DNA from: Octopus vulgaris
Lineage: Eukaryota
Length of the DNA stretch: 64,000 nucleotides
NCBI GenBank assembly: GCA_951406725.2
Contig: OX597831.1
Span: forward strand, 77,438,001 to 77,502,000
Direction: 5' to 3'
Shown: in pieces, positions 1-13,885 of the stretch
How the letters are laid out: every line of letters starts with the position of its first letter
Numbering within the stretch: position 1 is the stretch's first letter
Notes under the pieces: model-generated
Seen by the model: only the letters and a program-made list of their open reading frames with translations
Database searches by the model: none
What the model was told of the DNA's origin: nothing
Position numbers and translations under genes: made by a program

Positions 1-19
1 ACGATTCAGGGATCAGATA

Positions 20-23
20 TAAT

Positions 24-70
<47 letters not shown>

Positions 71-300
71 TTCTTCTTCTTCTTCTTCTTCTTCTTCTTC
101 TTCTTCTTCTTCTTCTTCTTCTTCTTCTTCTTCTTCTTCTTCTTCTTCTTCTTCTTCTTCTTCTTCTTCTTCTTCTTCTTCTTCTTCTTCTTCTTCTTCT
201 TCTTCTTCTTCTTCTTCTTTTTTTTCTTCTTCTTCTTCTTCTTCTTCTTCTTCTTCTTCTTCTTCTTCTTCATCATCATCATCATCATCATCATCATTAT
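20..300. repeat. Compound microsatellite (AAT)n-(TTC)n-(ATC)n
   Basis: Directly visible trinucleotide runs; explains the poly-K/E/I ORFs. Confidence 0.97.
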
Positions 301-533
301 CATATTGACCTACTCTCACACAACTGTTTTGAGTTTTGAAATTTGACAGAAAATTTCCCTTAACAATTAAATAAAAAAGTAAAATATAAAATATTTGGTT
401 TCAATTTAAAACACATGTAAAATAAAAAGCACCCCCCCCCCCAACAAAAAACAAAACAAAGAAAAATGTACTGAAAAATTTTTATTCCCTTCAATACGGA
501 AATATCACATTAACTCAACGTGTTTACCTTGTA

Positions 534-535
<2 letters not shown>

Positions 536-564
<29 letters not shown>

Positions 565-1494
565 TGTATGTATGTATGTATGTGTGTGTATGTATGTATG
601 TATGTATGTATGTATGTATGTATGTATGTATGTATGTATCTATGTATGTATGTATGTGTGTATGTGTGTATGTATGTATGTATGTATCTATGTATGTATG
701 TGTGTGTGTATGTGTGTATGTGTATGTATGTATGTATGTGTATGTATGTATGTGTGTTTGTGTGTATGTATGTATGTATGTATGTATGTGTGTGTATGTA
801 TGCATGTTTGTATGTATGTATGTATGTGTGTGTATGTATGTATGTGTGTGGGTATGTGTGTATGTATGTATGTATATTTGTATGCATATATGTATGTTTG
901 TATGTATATATGAGTGTGTATGTATGTATGTATGTATGTATGTGTGTGTATGTATGTATGTGTGTGTGTATGTGTGTATGTATGTGTGTATGTATATTTG
1001 TATGTATGTATGTATGTATGTTTGTATGTATATATGAGTGTGTATGTATGTATGTTTGTATGTATATATGTATGATTGTGTGTGCTTGTATGTGTATGTA
1101 CGTATGTGTGCTTGTATGAATATATATGTATTTATGTTCGTGTATTTTTGTATCCATGCATGTATGTAAGTATGTGTTTGTATGTATGTACTGTTGTTTG
1201 TATATATATATGATTGTATTTATGTGTGTATGGTTGTATGTATGTATGTGTGTGTATGTATGCATGTTTGTCTCTGTGTGTATGTATGTGTGTATGCACC
1301 TATATCTCTCTCTATATATGTGCATATATGCTTTTGTGTATGTATGTGTCTATGAAAGCATGTATGTATGTATGTATGTATGTATGTATGTATGTATGTA
1401 TGTATGTGTGTGTGTGTGTGTGTATGTATATATGTATGTATGTTTGCGTGTATGCATGAATGTATATACGTATGTATGTATGTTGTTATGCATG

Positions 1495-1528
<34 letters not shown>

Positions 1529-1612
1529 TGTATGTATGTATGTATGTATGTATGTGTGTGTGTGTGTGTGCGCGTATGTGCGGTTGTGCGTGTTTGTGTA
1601 TGTGTCTGTATA
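536..1612. repeat. Degenerate (TATG)n/(TG)n microsatellite
   Basis: About 1.1 kb of TATG units; source of the MYVC/HTYI ORFs. Confidence 0.97.
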
Positions 1613-1639
1613 CACATAGTCTCGATTCTTCAGCTGAAA

Positions 1640-1888
1640 ATCGTGAGGACCGGTTCTTGAAGTCGCGTTGTATCCTTGAGCAAGGCACTCTATTACACGT
1701 TGCTCCACCTCCTTTCAAGTGGCACAAATCGTCAGTACCTGTAATTCAAAGGGGCCAGGTTTGTCGCATTCTGTGTCACATTGAACCTCTCTGAGGAGTA
1801 CTCAACCAGTTGCATGTTAATTTCACAAGCAAGCTGTTACGTTAATCGTATCAACTGGAACAGTCGTCGTCGTAACCAACGGAGATCC
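1640..1888 (+). mobile_element. Degenerate chimeric SINE (SINE-D CORE-like body + SINE-A tail)
   Basis: ccttgagcaaggcactctattacacgttgctcc matches SINE-D at ~19600; gtacctgtaattcaaagg...gtcgtcgtaaccaacggag matches the SINE-A tail at 56225-56400. Confidence 0.7.
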
Positions 1889-1899
1889 AGGTTATATAT

Positions 1900-2345
1900 A
1901 CTTTTATTCTTTTACTTGTTTCAGTCATTTGACTGCAGCCAAGCTGGAGCACGGTCTTGAGGGGGTTTTAGTCGGAGAGATGGACCCCCCCCCAAGGCAT
2001 ATTTCTTGATTTTATTACTTATTCTATCTGTCTTTGGCCGAACCGCTAAGTTATAGGGACGTAAACACACAAACACCGCTTGTTAAGCGGTGAGGCGGGA
2101 GCACAAACACAGGTACAAAGATACACACTCAGATACTCACATGCATATATGCATACAAGCACACATACACACATAGATATATACGACGGGCCTCTTTCAG
2201 TTTCCGTCTACCAAATCCACTCACAAAGCTTTGGTCAGCCCGGGGCTATAGCTGAAGACACTTACCCAAGGTGCCATGCAGTGGAACTGAACCTGGAACC
2301 AAGTGGTTGGGAAGCAAGGTTCTTACCACACAGCCACGCCCGCGT
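1900..2345 (-). mobile_element. SINE-B copy (tRNA-like head, CORE-like segment, internal microsatellite, LINE-derived tail)
   Basis: Colinear with copies at 5622, 16666, 55575, 57412; tail reverse complement cttgtttcagtcatttgactgc. Confidence 0.9.
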
Positions 2346-2434
2346 CTGTATACGTGTATATATAAGCATTTTGAACCTGGCTTGTGAATCTGGATCCTAA
2401 CGGATCACCATTTACAGCACTTAAGCAGCGTGCG

Positions 2435-2468
<34 letters not shown>

Positions 2469-2552
2469 TAGCTAGATAGATAGATAGATACATAGATACA
2501 TACATACATAATACATATATACATACATACATGCATACATACATACAATGTA

Positions 2553-2660
2553 ATGTTTGGTGAGGCAGTGAGCAGTGAGTGGTCAGCTCGAAAATGGTTG
2601 AAACGATTTCACAGTGGAGACCTGAACCTTGAAGGTCGTGAGCATAACGGGCACCCACTG
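2553..2660 (+). pseudogene. Mariner transposase N-terminal HTH fragment
   Basis: FGEAVSSEWSARKWLKRFHSGDLNLEGREHNGHP resembles the mariner WFxRFxxGDxxLEDxxRxGRP motif. Confidence 0.7.
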
Positions 2661-2671
2661 TCATGTATATA

Positions 2672-3886
2672 CACTCACATGACAAAAGTAATCATTAAAA
2701 TTTATTTAAATCTGAAATTATACGTTCAAATTATTCATTTATTGTTATAATGTGAATATTTAATATTTAGTAGACATGCCCTTTGCACTTTTCAATGCAT
2801 GGACCCTATTAGGCATGTTACTGATCAGAGGACGAATATTCTCCGGTGGAATTTCTGGTCAATTTTCGGGCAGTAATCTCAAAAGATTTGGCTTTGTAGC
2901 TGTTTTCTTGTTCTTTTTATGAAGTGTCCTGTCCGTTATCTTCCAGAGGTGTTCAATAGGGTTCATATCTGCTGACTGGTTTGGCCATAGAAGCATTTTA
3001 ATGCCATTCTCATCCAACAAATCTTGGGTCATTTTAGCTATGTGACAAGGAGCCCCATCTCCTACAAATAAAGAGTCTTCTTTAATCATTTCACCAATGG
3101 AAAAGATTGGAAGGAATTCTTCCTGAAATCTGGACCTATATTTATCTGAGTTTATGTTTCCTTCACACTCCACCAGCTCTGATCAATCATTGCTCTAAAT
3201 TGTTCCCCAGACCATCACAGAATAGCTGCCTGGCTGCAATCTTTTCACATCAAATTCTTGATCACAGAGTCTCCAGACCCGCATTCGACCACTGTTAGGA
3301 AATACAGCAAATCTGGACTCATCAGAGAATATGACAGTGTCCCAAAATGCTAGTGGTCTCTCCACCATCTCACTGACCCAAACTTTTCTCCGCTTGATGT
3401 TGACTGTTTCAAGAAGTGGCTTCCTTCTTGATGCTCTGCCAAATTTGTGGAGATACCTGGCAGCTGTTTTGGGGCTGACATCAACTTGTTCTGCTATATC
3501 AGAGGCGTTGCAACGAGGATTATCCGCGACACTTCTCTTGACAAAGAGAAGGGTCTTGTCAGAAGGCTCTGGTTGATCTGGGTGAGATGATACAGACTCT
3601 TTTCGCTCTCTGGTGAATTGCACAGACAATCTATTAACTGTAGAAAGCGGTAACCCAAGGTTTTCTGCGATTTTACGCTGACTATGTCTACCTTCAGAAT
3701 GACCCACAATACAGCCTCTTTGAAATTCAGACAGTTCCAAGGCTTCTTTTGTACGTGGCATGATTAACCAGTCATATATAGAACCTGAAACAGAAAAATA
3801 TCAATTCGTAAAAAAGTATAAACCTTTACAAGTTAGAATAAACAGAAAACGATGTTCTATGGGGTGTCTATTTACTTTTGTTATGT

Positions 3887-3891
<5 letters not shown>
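2672..3891 (-). mobile_element. Tc1-family DNA transposon, decayed (DD34E)
   Basis: TIRs cactcacatgacaaaagta (2672-2690, preceded by TA) and tacttttgttatgtgtgtg (3873-3891) match at 17/19; transposase inside. Confidence 0.85.
2859..3761 (-). pseudogene. Tc1 transposase pseudogene
   Basis: HTH (SQRKIAENLGLPLSTV), VIFSDESRF, VMVWG, GDGAPCH with 34 aa between its D and the E of NPIEHLW; the two ORFs are in one frame, separated by TAG and TGA stops near 3184-3197. Confidence 0.93.
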
Positions 3892-3925
<34 letters not shown>

Positions 3926-4358
3926 ACTGAGAGGAAAAGTTCTTGAGCAGTCAACGGCCATCCAACAATATGTGTACGTGTGTATGTATGGGCAGTGATG
4001 TGGAAATACTTGGGTTGGTGTCCAGGCGTGCGGTTGGCCCACTAGGAGTGGGAGGCCCCTCTGTTCGTGTCACAATATCTCTCTAAGAGAGGGAAAGTCT
4101 GAGAGAAAAACCTTCGACAATATTCGATGATGTAGACTAGTTAGACTTTTCGTGTTTTTGTTGTTCATGTTCAGAGAGTGAGATTGGAGAGATTGGATTT
4201 GTGCAAATCCTTTCCTCATTATAAAAAAAAATTCATCATGGACAGGCATCGCTTGGAAAAACAGGAGACCTATCAGAAAAATGGCTGGTCGTAGCCTTCG
4301 CATCTGTGGGACTTTCGGTCAGGCAATGGTAATACTCGAACACGCGTTTGCAGTCGTC

Positions 4359-4360
<2 letters not shown>

Positions 4361-4391
<31 letters not shown>

Positions 4392-4830
4392 TGTATGTAT
4401 GTATGTATGTATGTATGTATGTATGTATGTATGTATGTATGTATGCATGTATGCATGTATGTATGTATGTATGTATGTATGTATGTATGTATGCATGTAT
4501 GTATGTATGTATGAATGTATGTATGAATGTATGTATGTATGTATGTATGCATGTATGTATGTATGTATATGTATATACATTTGAATGTATGTTTGTACGT
4601 ATGTATGTTTGTATGTATGTATGTATGCATGTATGTATGTATATGTATATATATGTATATATATATGATACATATATGATACATATATGATACATATATA
4701 TATATGTATATATGTATATGCATACATATATATATATGATACATATATATATATATATGTATATATGTATATACATATATATGCATATATATATATGTGT
4801 GTGTATATCTGTGTAATATGTATATATATA
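4361..4830. repeat. (TATG)n/(TA)n microsatellite
   Basis: Directly visible. Confidence 0.95.
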
Positions 4831-5361
4831 TAATGCTTGTAAATACGTGCGTTCAACTTTTCAACTCTTTCTCGACAGACATCTACACTTCTTAACGATC
4901 AGTGCTAATAACAGGTCGTGTGTAACCTAATGTCCAATCGTTGACTCGTTTGACTCCTCGACTCCCTTCATAGTCCATCTAACAGGCGATTACAGGCTGA
5001 CGTTATCAGCCCTCATCACAACACAGAGCTAACCCCCCGTCATAGACGGGGGTACACAAGAACATCAGTGATTTAAAGCAGATTTACGAGACATAACTTT
5101 ATAAAAGGTTTGTATCTGTTCCCCCATTATCCTGTCCCTCCCCCACTCCATCCACCCAACAGCCCCCACCGCCGCTCATACATTTTAACTTAACAAGAGG
5201 CGCCGCCGATTGTTTAGCTGCCGGTTCGATCACCAGTAAAGTATTCGCCAAACAAGGGAGCGTGACAGTCGGGACATGTTCCCTTGAACCTAAATTAGTA
5301 CCTTTGTCATGTAACCTATACGTCTGTTGTGTTATTGGAGATAAATACTGCTGGGTCTGCC

Positions 5362-5374
5362 GCTGCTGCTGCTG

Positions 5375-5447
<73 letters not shown>
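5362..5447. repeat. (CTG)n-(CTA)n microsatellite
   Basis: Directly visible. Confidence 0.95.
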
Positions 5448-5449
<2 letters not shown>

Positions 5450-5621
5450 GATAGTATTTGCAATGTTATCATTATAGCACGCTATATATGCATACATACA
5501 TGTATTACTCTCTCACACACACGCACACACACACACACACACACACACGGATATATGTATGTTTGTATGCCTGCATTAATTACACACACATGCACACACG
5601 CACACGCACACACATATATAT

Positions 5622-6070
5622 AGGTGCAGACGTGACTGTATGGTAAAAGGGTTGCTTCCCAACTACATGGTTCCGGGTTCAATCCCACTGCGTGGCATCT
5701 TGCGCAAGTGTCTTCTGCTATAGCCCCGGGCCGACCAATGCCTTGTGAGTGGATTTGGTTAACGGAAACTGAAAAGAAACCCGTCGTGTATACACAAACA
5801 CATACGCGCGTGCGCGCACACGCACACGCACACACATATATGTGTATATATTCATGTATGTGTGTGTCTGTATTTGTCCCCTCGCCATCGATTGACAACC
5901 GATGTTGGTGTGTTTACGTCTCTGAACTTAGCGGTTCCGCGAAAAGTGATCGAAACAATAAATATTAGGCCTACAAAAAATAAGTTCTGGGGTCGATTTG
6001 TTTCAGTACAGGTCGTGCTCCAGCATGACCGCAGTGAAATGACTGAAACAAGTAGACGAATAAAAGAATA
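5622..6070 (+). mobile_element. SINE-B copy, full length
   Basis: Head aggtgcagacgtgactgtatggtaa...gggttcaatccc; tail gactgaaacaagtagacgaataaaaga. Confidence 0.9.
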
Positions 6071-6105
6071 CACACACTCACACACACGCCTATATATATT
6101 AGATG

Positions 6106-6164
<59 letters not shown>

Positions 6165-6376
6165 TGGTAGATAGATAGACAGACAGATAGAAAAGCAGCG
6201 TGAATGAGAGTGAGCGGGTGCATATGTGAAAGAGCGTGGATGGATGCAAAAGGAAAAAAAACTGTGTATGTTTGTATATATACGGATATATATTCAAATT
6301 AATATATGCATGTATATAAATGTCTATCTATATATCTATCTATATATATATATGTGTGTGTGTGTGTATGTGTATG

Positions 6377-6419
<43 letters not shown>

Positions 6420-6498
6420 ATATGTTTATATATATTTATATATACATATACGTATGTATTCTAATATGCACGTGTGTATGTATGTATATGTGTGTGAA

Positions 6499-6530
<32 letters not shown>

Positions 6531-6938
6531 AGTGTTTGTGTGTGTGTGTGTGTGTGTGTGCATGTGTAAGTGTGTGTGTAAGATGATTAATTACTCGTAT
6601 TTTAAGACTTTCAGCCATTGAAGTAGTTTTATTTGAAGCCTTTCATTAAATTTTGTAAGTTCTGTGGCGCACCTCGATGCGACTTCGTGGCCTGCCTACC
6701 TTCTGAGATGCAGTGTCCTCCATGCATTGTGAGCGGGGAGAAAATGTCAGGATGGTTACGGTTAGAGAGTCTTTGTTAATTGATTTTGATTGATCTCGGC
6801 CGATCTGCAAGTAAACGCAACAACAACATGAACAATAGAATCAACAGCAGGACGACCAGAACAAACACAACCGCAATAACAACAACGACAACAAGATCGG
6901 CAACTGTAACGTTGCAAGAAAGCAGCATCAACAACAGT

Positions 6939-7300
6939 GGAGGCGCAACGGCCCAATGGTTTGGGCAGCGGACTCGCGGTCGGAGGATCGCGGTTTCGAT
7001 TCCCAGACCGGGCGTTGTGTGCGTTTTTTGAGTGAAAACACCTAAAGCTCCCCATGCTCCGGCAGGGGGTGGTGGTGACCCCTGTTGTACTCTTTCGCCC
7101 CCAACTTTCTCTCATTCTTTCTTCCTGTTTCTTGTCCTCCCCGACTTCCTACGCAACCGCTGAGCCTGGATGCGCATTCATCCATCCATCGAATGCTCTC
7201 GGTGTCGGGGGTTGACCTGTTTCCTCTTCTGCGGGTCTTACGAATAGCAAAGGACCACGTTTCGGACTTCTCCCACTAATGGGACGAAGACCGCTTCGCT
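6939..7300 (+). mobile_element. SINE-A head with alternative tail 2, in a (CAA)n tract
   Basis: First ~190 nt match SINE-A at 40508 and 56029 (A-box-like ggcccaatggtt, B-box-like gtttcgattcc); the 3' ~170 nt are unrelated to the SINE-A tail. Confidence 0.8.
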
Positions 7301-8059
7301 CAACAGCAACAGCAACAACAACAACAACAAAAACAACAACAGCAACAGCTGCAGCCCTAGCAGCAGCAGAATCACCACCACCACCACCACCACCACCACC
7401 TACAACAACAACAACAACAACAACAACAACAGCAACAACAACATCTGCACAAACAGTAATAACTTAACTATCTTAAGATCAGACAGCTCAGCTACAAACA
7501 TGAATAGTAGAGATGCTCATATGGACGCTGTAATTAGCGAGAGCACTGTGTGACTAATTAGTGCATAGATGGGTTGGGGTGATGCTGTTTTATAGTTCAA
7601 TGTCTGCTCTGAGTGAACATGCACTTAAGTCGGCCGTACAACTAGGTGCAACTTAAGGTTCAAGGTGTACCACATTTCCGCCACCTGAAGCTTATGTCTA
7701 TTACTACTCACTCCAACACGTAGGAATTGTTAATGTGGAGGTACAGTATGACACAATGTGATACAACGTGACACATTGTGACAGGCTGTCACTGTGTGCC
7801 TTGCGGCACAGACTGAGTAAGGTTCAACATCTCTTTCCAACTTTCAACAAGTTTGCTGAGAGGCAGAATTTCACCAACCGCCATCACTTTTCGTTTTCAA
7901 ATGAAACATGAAAAAATTGTTGAGGGTTTGATCAAAGAGGAAGGCGTTTGTTTACGGGATACTATAATGCCCGGATGTCTTGGTCTCAGTAATAATACTC
8001 AGAGACGCCGTCTACATGATAAATCACTCAAATAGGTGCTAGTAAATTCAAAAATACTA

Positions 8060-8614
8060 TTGGGTAGTCCGGAAAGTTCGTGCCGATTTATAAAGGAAAG
8101 AAAAGGGTCAATAAATACTTGCCGTTACATTTTTTATCAACGAAATATGAACCATTTTGTTGCACAATGCGTCTCCATCTTTGCTTTAACTTGAAAATAC
8201 TCTCTTCCCAGAGTTGAGGTGGTTTCATGGCAAAGGTATCTTTTTACGTCAGCCAAGGAATTGAAATTTTTACCATTAGGACTATTCTGCAGAGACCTGA
8301 ATAAGTGGAAATCCGAAGGAGCAATATCTGGTGAATATGGACGGTGGAGTAACACATCCCAGCCAGGCTGCAGCAATTTTTGTCTGGTTCCCAAAGCATC
8401 AAATACCGAAAATGAACTTTCGTATCTTCCATTTTAAAGGGTTACAGAATTAACACAGGTTATAGGAACATAAACCTTCTTCCACGAAAAGATAGCTTAA
8501 ACTGTGCTCTAAATGGAGGTGTAGTCGAATCCTATTTTATGGACTCAACCATGTTCTACAATAAGTCGAAAGTTAAGCTGCTATAAATCGGCACGAACTT
8601 TCTGGACAACCCAA
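8060..8614 (-). mobile_element. Internally deleted mariner element (~555 bp)
   Basis: TIRs ttgggtagtccggaaagttcgtgccgatttata and tataaatcggcacgaactttctggacaacccaa, TA on both sides; ORF 8137-8394 has HRPYSPDIAPSDFHLF (mariner YSPDLAPxD motif). Confidence 0.92.
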
Positions 8615-9441
8615 TATTAAAAATAACACCCAAATAAGTAGAATTAATCATTGTCTTGTGATTACTTTTGGTCGAGAAAGGACTGTGAGATACGCTAACG
8701 ATTTTAAATATATCTAATTGAATTGATACAACACTGTATATAATTTCGATAAATTCATTAATAGTTCTATGTATACTAGTACCCATTTTACTATTTATTT
8801 TCCATGCAAAAGGCGTCCCTGGCTACATTCTGCAATCTTTCTTTTAAATGATAATGTTACTCAGCGTTCACTCATATATTCTATATATGTCTCTATACTT
8901 TGTCTAATACATACCGAAATAACTTCGAAGCAAATTAAGATAATCTTGGAGAAAATAAATTCTTTTTTCTCAAATTAACCCTTTGCTTGTTCAAGGTGTT
9001 CTCATAAGTTTCTCGTAAACGTCCATGTTTGTTTTCAAAACTTTTACCTGTCCTTGATTTATACATTCTGAGCAATATAAAGCTTTCCTTTGATAAGTCC
9101 CAAGTTACTCTGCTAGTTGAAAACATTGGGTATGTACTCCATATATGATGCATGAACGCCAGGGAAATATGTCATGCGCATTACATGTCATACACAGGAC
9201 AGACAAGTAGTTAAATAACGGTTGAGCCACAAGGGCAGTAATTTTTAGACTGATCGTTAATTTCATTGGAGAGATGAAAGAAAATTTGGCCGTGGAAAGT
9301 ATAGAACCGGAACGAATGACGCGAGGTGTTTATTCTGACGCTCGGACGATTCTTCCAGCTCACTACTTTTAAACAGAAAAAATATACATTATTTACATTA
9401 TTTACATTTGATGGATATTTGTCCTCGTCTTGTTTGTTGTT

Positions 9442-9487
9442 AACACAACGTTTCAGCTGATATACCCTCCAGCCTTCATCAGGTGTC
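9442..9487 (-). ncRNA. Minimal type-I hammerhead ribozyme motif in a Penelope-type terminal repeat (repeat ~9385-9540, next to (ATT)n)
   Basis: gacac CTGATGA aggctg-gagggtatat-cagct GAAAC GTT gtgtt; related degenerate copy at 58329-58369. Confidence 0.75.
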
Positions 9488-9534
9488 TTGGGGAAATTTC
9501 GAACCTGGGTTCTTATTCCTAACGTATTTTTCGA

Positions 9535-9617
<83 letters not shown>

Positions 9618-9639
9618 TAATTGAGAAATAAGATCTGTA

Positions 9640-10690
9640 AATTTTAGTGGGGTAGGGATAAGTTGATGCATTCGACTCCAGTACGTCACTGGTATTTTTT
9701 CGTATCGACTCCGAAAAGCTGAAAGACAACAATGACCTCGATTGGATCGGAACTCAGAACGTAATGTGTCGGAAATAATGGTTGAAAATGTTGGCACAAG
9801 AGCAGTAATTTTTGAGGGGAGGGGTAAGTTGATCACATTTACCTCACTACTTCTCTGGCACTTTATTTTATTGTTCTCGAAAGGATAAAATCCAGAGTCA
9901 GCTCGGGCGGCATTTGAACTAAGAACGTAAAGACGAGCGAAATGCCGCTAAGCATTTTGCCCTGCGTCTTAACGGTTCGGCCAGCTCGCCTCCTTAAGAG
10001 TCGGAAATAATAATTCTTTCAACAAGGCCAGTAATCTTAGTGGAGGAGGGTAAGCTGGTACATTCGACCTCACTATTTGATTAATATGTTAGTCTCCCAA
10101 GGCGGCGGCGAGCTGACAGAAGCGTTAGCGCGCCGAGCAAAATGCGTAGCCGTATTTCGTTTACCGTTACGTTCTGAGTGCCGAGGTCGACTTTGCCTTT
10201 CATCCTTTCGGGGGTCAATTAAATAAGTACCAGTTACGCACTGGGGTCGAGCCCCTTGTGGGTAGTAAAGAAATAGGTATTTCGTCTGCCGTTACATTCT
10301 GAGTTCAAATTCCGCCGAGGTCGACTTTGCCTTTCATCCTTTCAGGGTCGATAAATTAAGTACCAGTTGAGTACTGGATTGATCTAATCGACTGACCCCT
10401 TCCCCAAAAAAGCTGGCAGAAACGTTAGCATGCCGGGCGAAATGCTTAGCGGTATATCGTCTGCCGTTACATTCTGTGTTCAAATTCCGCCAAGGTCGAC
10501 TTTGCCTTTCATCCCTTCAGGGTCGATAAATTAAGTACCAGTTACGTACTGGGGTCGATATAATCGACTGGCCCCCTACCCCCAAATTTCGAGCCTTGTG
10601 TCTAGAGTAGAAAAGAATATTTTATTCCATCGATCCCAAACGGACGAAAGGCAAAGTCGACCATGGCATCATTTGAACTTAGAACATGGT
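9640..10690. mobile_element. Cluster of nested SINE-C copies and fragments in both orientations
   Basis: Repeated gccgaggtcgactttgcctttcatcctttcggggtcgataaattaagtaccag at ~10180, 10313, 10487 and in reverse near 9700, 9880, 10630. Confidence 0.85.
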
Positions 10691-11715
10691 ATCAGGACAA
10701 ACAACACCACGGAGGAATCGACGTAAGCTTAAATAATAAACCGCGATAGATGAACCCCGATAGCCGAACCGCGATATGGCGGCGAGGGATTACTGTAATT
10801 TTTGAGTTTGAATCAAATGATGAAATGAATTCTGATTAAAAACTAAACCGTGAAAGTTCAAACTATGCAAAAAAAAAAAAAATTTTTAAGAGGACGTCTA
10901 AAGATTTTCATCTAAAAATCTACTGCTTTAATTTGCTCTGAGTTACTTTAATTTGTTCCGAGGCTCTTTTAGTTTATTTCAAAATTAATTTAAATCTAAG
11001 TTTTATTTTTATTAACTTGTGTTCTTTTTTTAAAATTTACTTCCTGTTTTAATTTGTTTCGAAATTATTTTAATTTGCTTCGAGGTTATTTTGATGTAGG
11101 CCTGATATACTACTAACTGACAAGAAGAAAATACGATTTACTTTATTGCTTTTGCCCCGGAGATCCTGTTTCGAGTAGACGTATGGTCAAAGGCATTCCA
11201 ACCACGATCATCCTGTCTTTTTTCTGACTTTACTTTGTATAATGGACTTCAGGGCATTTCAACATTAATGTCCAATTTCATTTTTAAAGACAGGGTGCAA
11301 TTTGAGCATGTTTTACCTTCTATTTCTAGCATGTCTAATGATCACTTAGAGGCTCCCTTTGTTGACTCATATTCTTACAAGCACCGAGAAGTGCTGGGTT
11401 TCCAGAAAGTACTTGTTGATAGAAAATAAAATGGTAACAACAATAAAAATTTTAACAACTTTTAAATCCAAAATGAATGCTTTCCTAATTAACTGGGTAA
11501 GGCTTCTCAGCATTTCACCAGCCAGTTCTCTTCCTTCCTTTCTTTCTTTTCTTCCTTTCCTTTTTTATTTCATTCTTTCTTTCTTTCGTTAATTATCTTT
11601 CAAGCCTCTTTAGATATTTGCTGGTTTGCTAGATCTCTGACACCTTCCCTATCATTCCCTACTCAAGAGGATATTAAACGCATTCATAAACAGATACAAA
11701 TATATGCGTGTGTCC

Positions 11716-11801
<86 letters not shown>

Positions 11802-11930
11802 TTGCGTACCTACTGTATAAAGCTGTATAAATGCATATATATATATATATATATACATACATATGTAAATACTGTAGGCATTCATAATTATATATATCAA
11901 TTGAAACATGTTTGTATATATGTATGTCTA

Positions 11931-11978
<48 letters not shown>

Positions 11979-12072
11979 TGTGCGTATATATGAATATCTA
12001 TATATCTATATACATACACATATAAATATATATATATGTATAAATATATACATACACACACACATACACACC

Positions 12073-12109
<37 letters not shown>

Positions 12110-12649
12110 CTATATATGTATATATATATATATATATATGTATATACATATGTGTATGTATGTATAGGTTTACATACGTGTGTCTTGTTTCACAGGAATC
12201 CCTAACGCACTCATATATATTTAGGAATAACTTTTCTCAAAATGTCAACAAAATATTACCTTCCTATGAGACATGACTTTATTACAAAGCAATCTAAGAT
12301 GACGGATTTCGCAGCTGGAACTATATAAAATGTTCCAATATACGGCCAAGTTATCGACACTTTTTGTAAACAAGGAATATAGTTGTTACATTCCATGGTT
12401 GTGCGGATAAGCAGTTCATTTCGTAACTATATGTGTTCAGGTTCTATTCCACTCTGGAGTGAGTTGGATAAATAATTTTAACCATTTACTCGTGTAGAAG
12501 TAAGCTGCGTGGATGTTCCATTGGAGACGCCATTTCTCTATTTTGTCGGCAGATTTAATACGTCACCTGGTTTAATCTTCGTGTTTCCATATTCTGTTGA
12601 AATACGCTGCATTTCTTTCGTTTCATTTTTAATTGAATAAAGACTTCCG

Positions 12650-12898
12650 GAAAATAATTGCAGCGTAGAAGATGTTTATAAGCCATTTAAGAAACACACA
12701 AAATCCGTTAGATTCACTTCAACATTTAAATTTAATTTGTCAAAATATTTTCGTCGCAAGTTTTGTCAGTGAATAGGTGGCGGTCTCAAAGCGACGAAAA
12801 TATCTTGACAAATTAAATTTAAATGTTTAAGTGAATTGAACGGATTTTGTGTGTTTCTTAAATGGCTTATAAACACCTTCCACACTGCAATTGTTTTC
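12650..12898. repeat. Long fold-back palindrome (~105-bp arms, 33-bp loop)
   Basis: 12650-12757 is the near reverse complement of 12791-12898; the flank 12899-12947 recurs inverted at ~47403-47465. Confidence 0.9.
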
Positions 12899-13014
12899 GT
12901 TCCAGCACACGATCTCAGATCAAGTCACTCGCTATGCAAGTACATCTACGTAATTCCGTAAAATATATTTGTCGTTATTAAATTGATATTTAGTAGATAA
13001 ATTGATTATAAATT

Positions 13015-13210
13015 TTGGCACAAGGTCAACAATTTCGGAAAAGAGATAAGTCGATTACGTCGACCCCAGTACGGAACTGATACTTATTTTATCAACTCCG
13101 AAAAGGTGAAAAGCAAAGTCGACCTCGGCGGAATTTCAGAACGTAAAGACGGACAAAATGTCGCTAATCATTCTTTCAGGTCTACTAACGATTCTTCTCG
13201 CTCTCCGCCT
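13015..13210 (-). mobile_element. SINE-C copy, diverged
   Basis: gcaaagtcgacctcggcggaatttcagaacgtaaag. Confidence 0.75.
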
Positions 13211-13885
13211 TATTTGGAACAAAGTCTACCATGATATTTTGATATAAAGATCACTTTAAACCTTTTGATACTATATTTCGGTTGAAATACACTGTCTTTG
13301 TCTCAATGAATTTTTAATTAATTACGAAGAATTAAGTTTGTCATTAATAAACTGTCATTTAGAACATATATCAACATGAAATTTTGGTTGAAAATTTAAA
13401 TTTTCGATCGCTTTGAATGTTCTGTTATACTTCTATTGATAAATGCTGACTATGTTCCTATCTATTTTAAAAACAATAGAGAATACTGTAAAATGTCATA
13501 TTAGGCTGTTGTCTGGAATATTAATTAACATAATATTTTGGTGGAAGGTTTTAATTAAAATCCTTTTAAAACTGGAAGTTTGTATCATAAAACCGAGCGG
13601 GTTGGTATCAAAAGGCTTAGCACCGTGTACTTGGACTTCCGGTGCCTTTATTGGAGTCTGGTGTCTTGCAAAGATTCGATTTAGATTTTCGGATTAAGGA
13701 TAACTTACTTTTGTCCTCCCATCGATCTCAAGGACCACAAAAAGAGGCCAAGATGACATGTCTTCATCTCCTGACGGATTCCTGAAAATGAAGGTTTTCC
13801 TTATCGGTATTACTATGGCCGGGTTCCAACCTGGGCCACAGCAACAGAGTCAACCGATCACACTTCACAGCCCGTCATCACTGCC

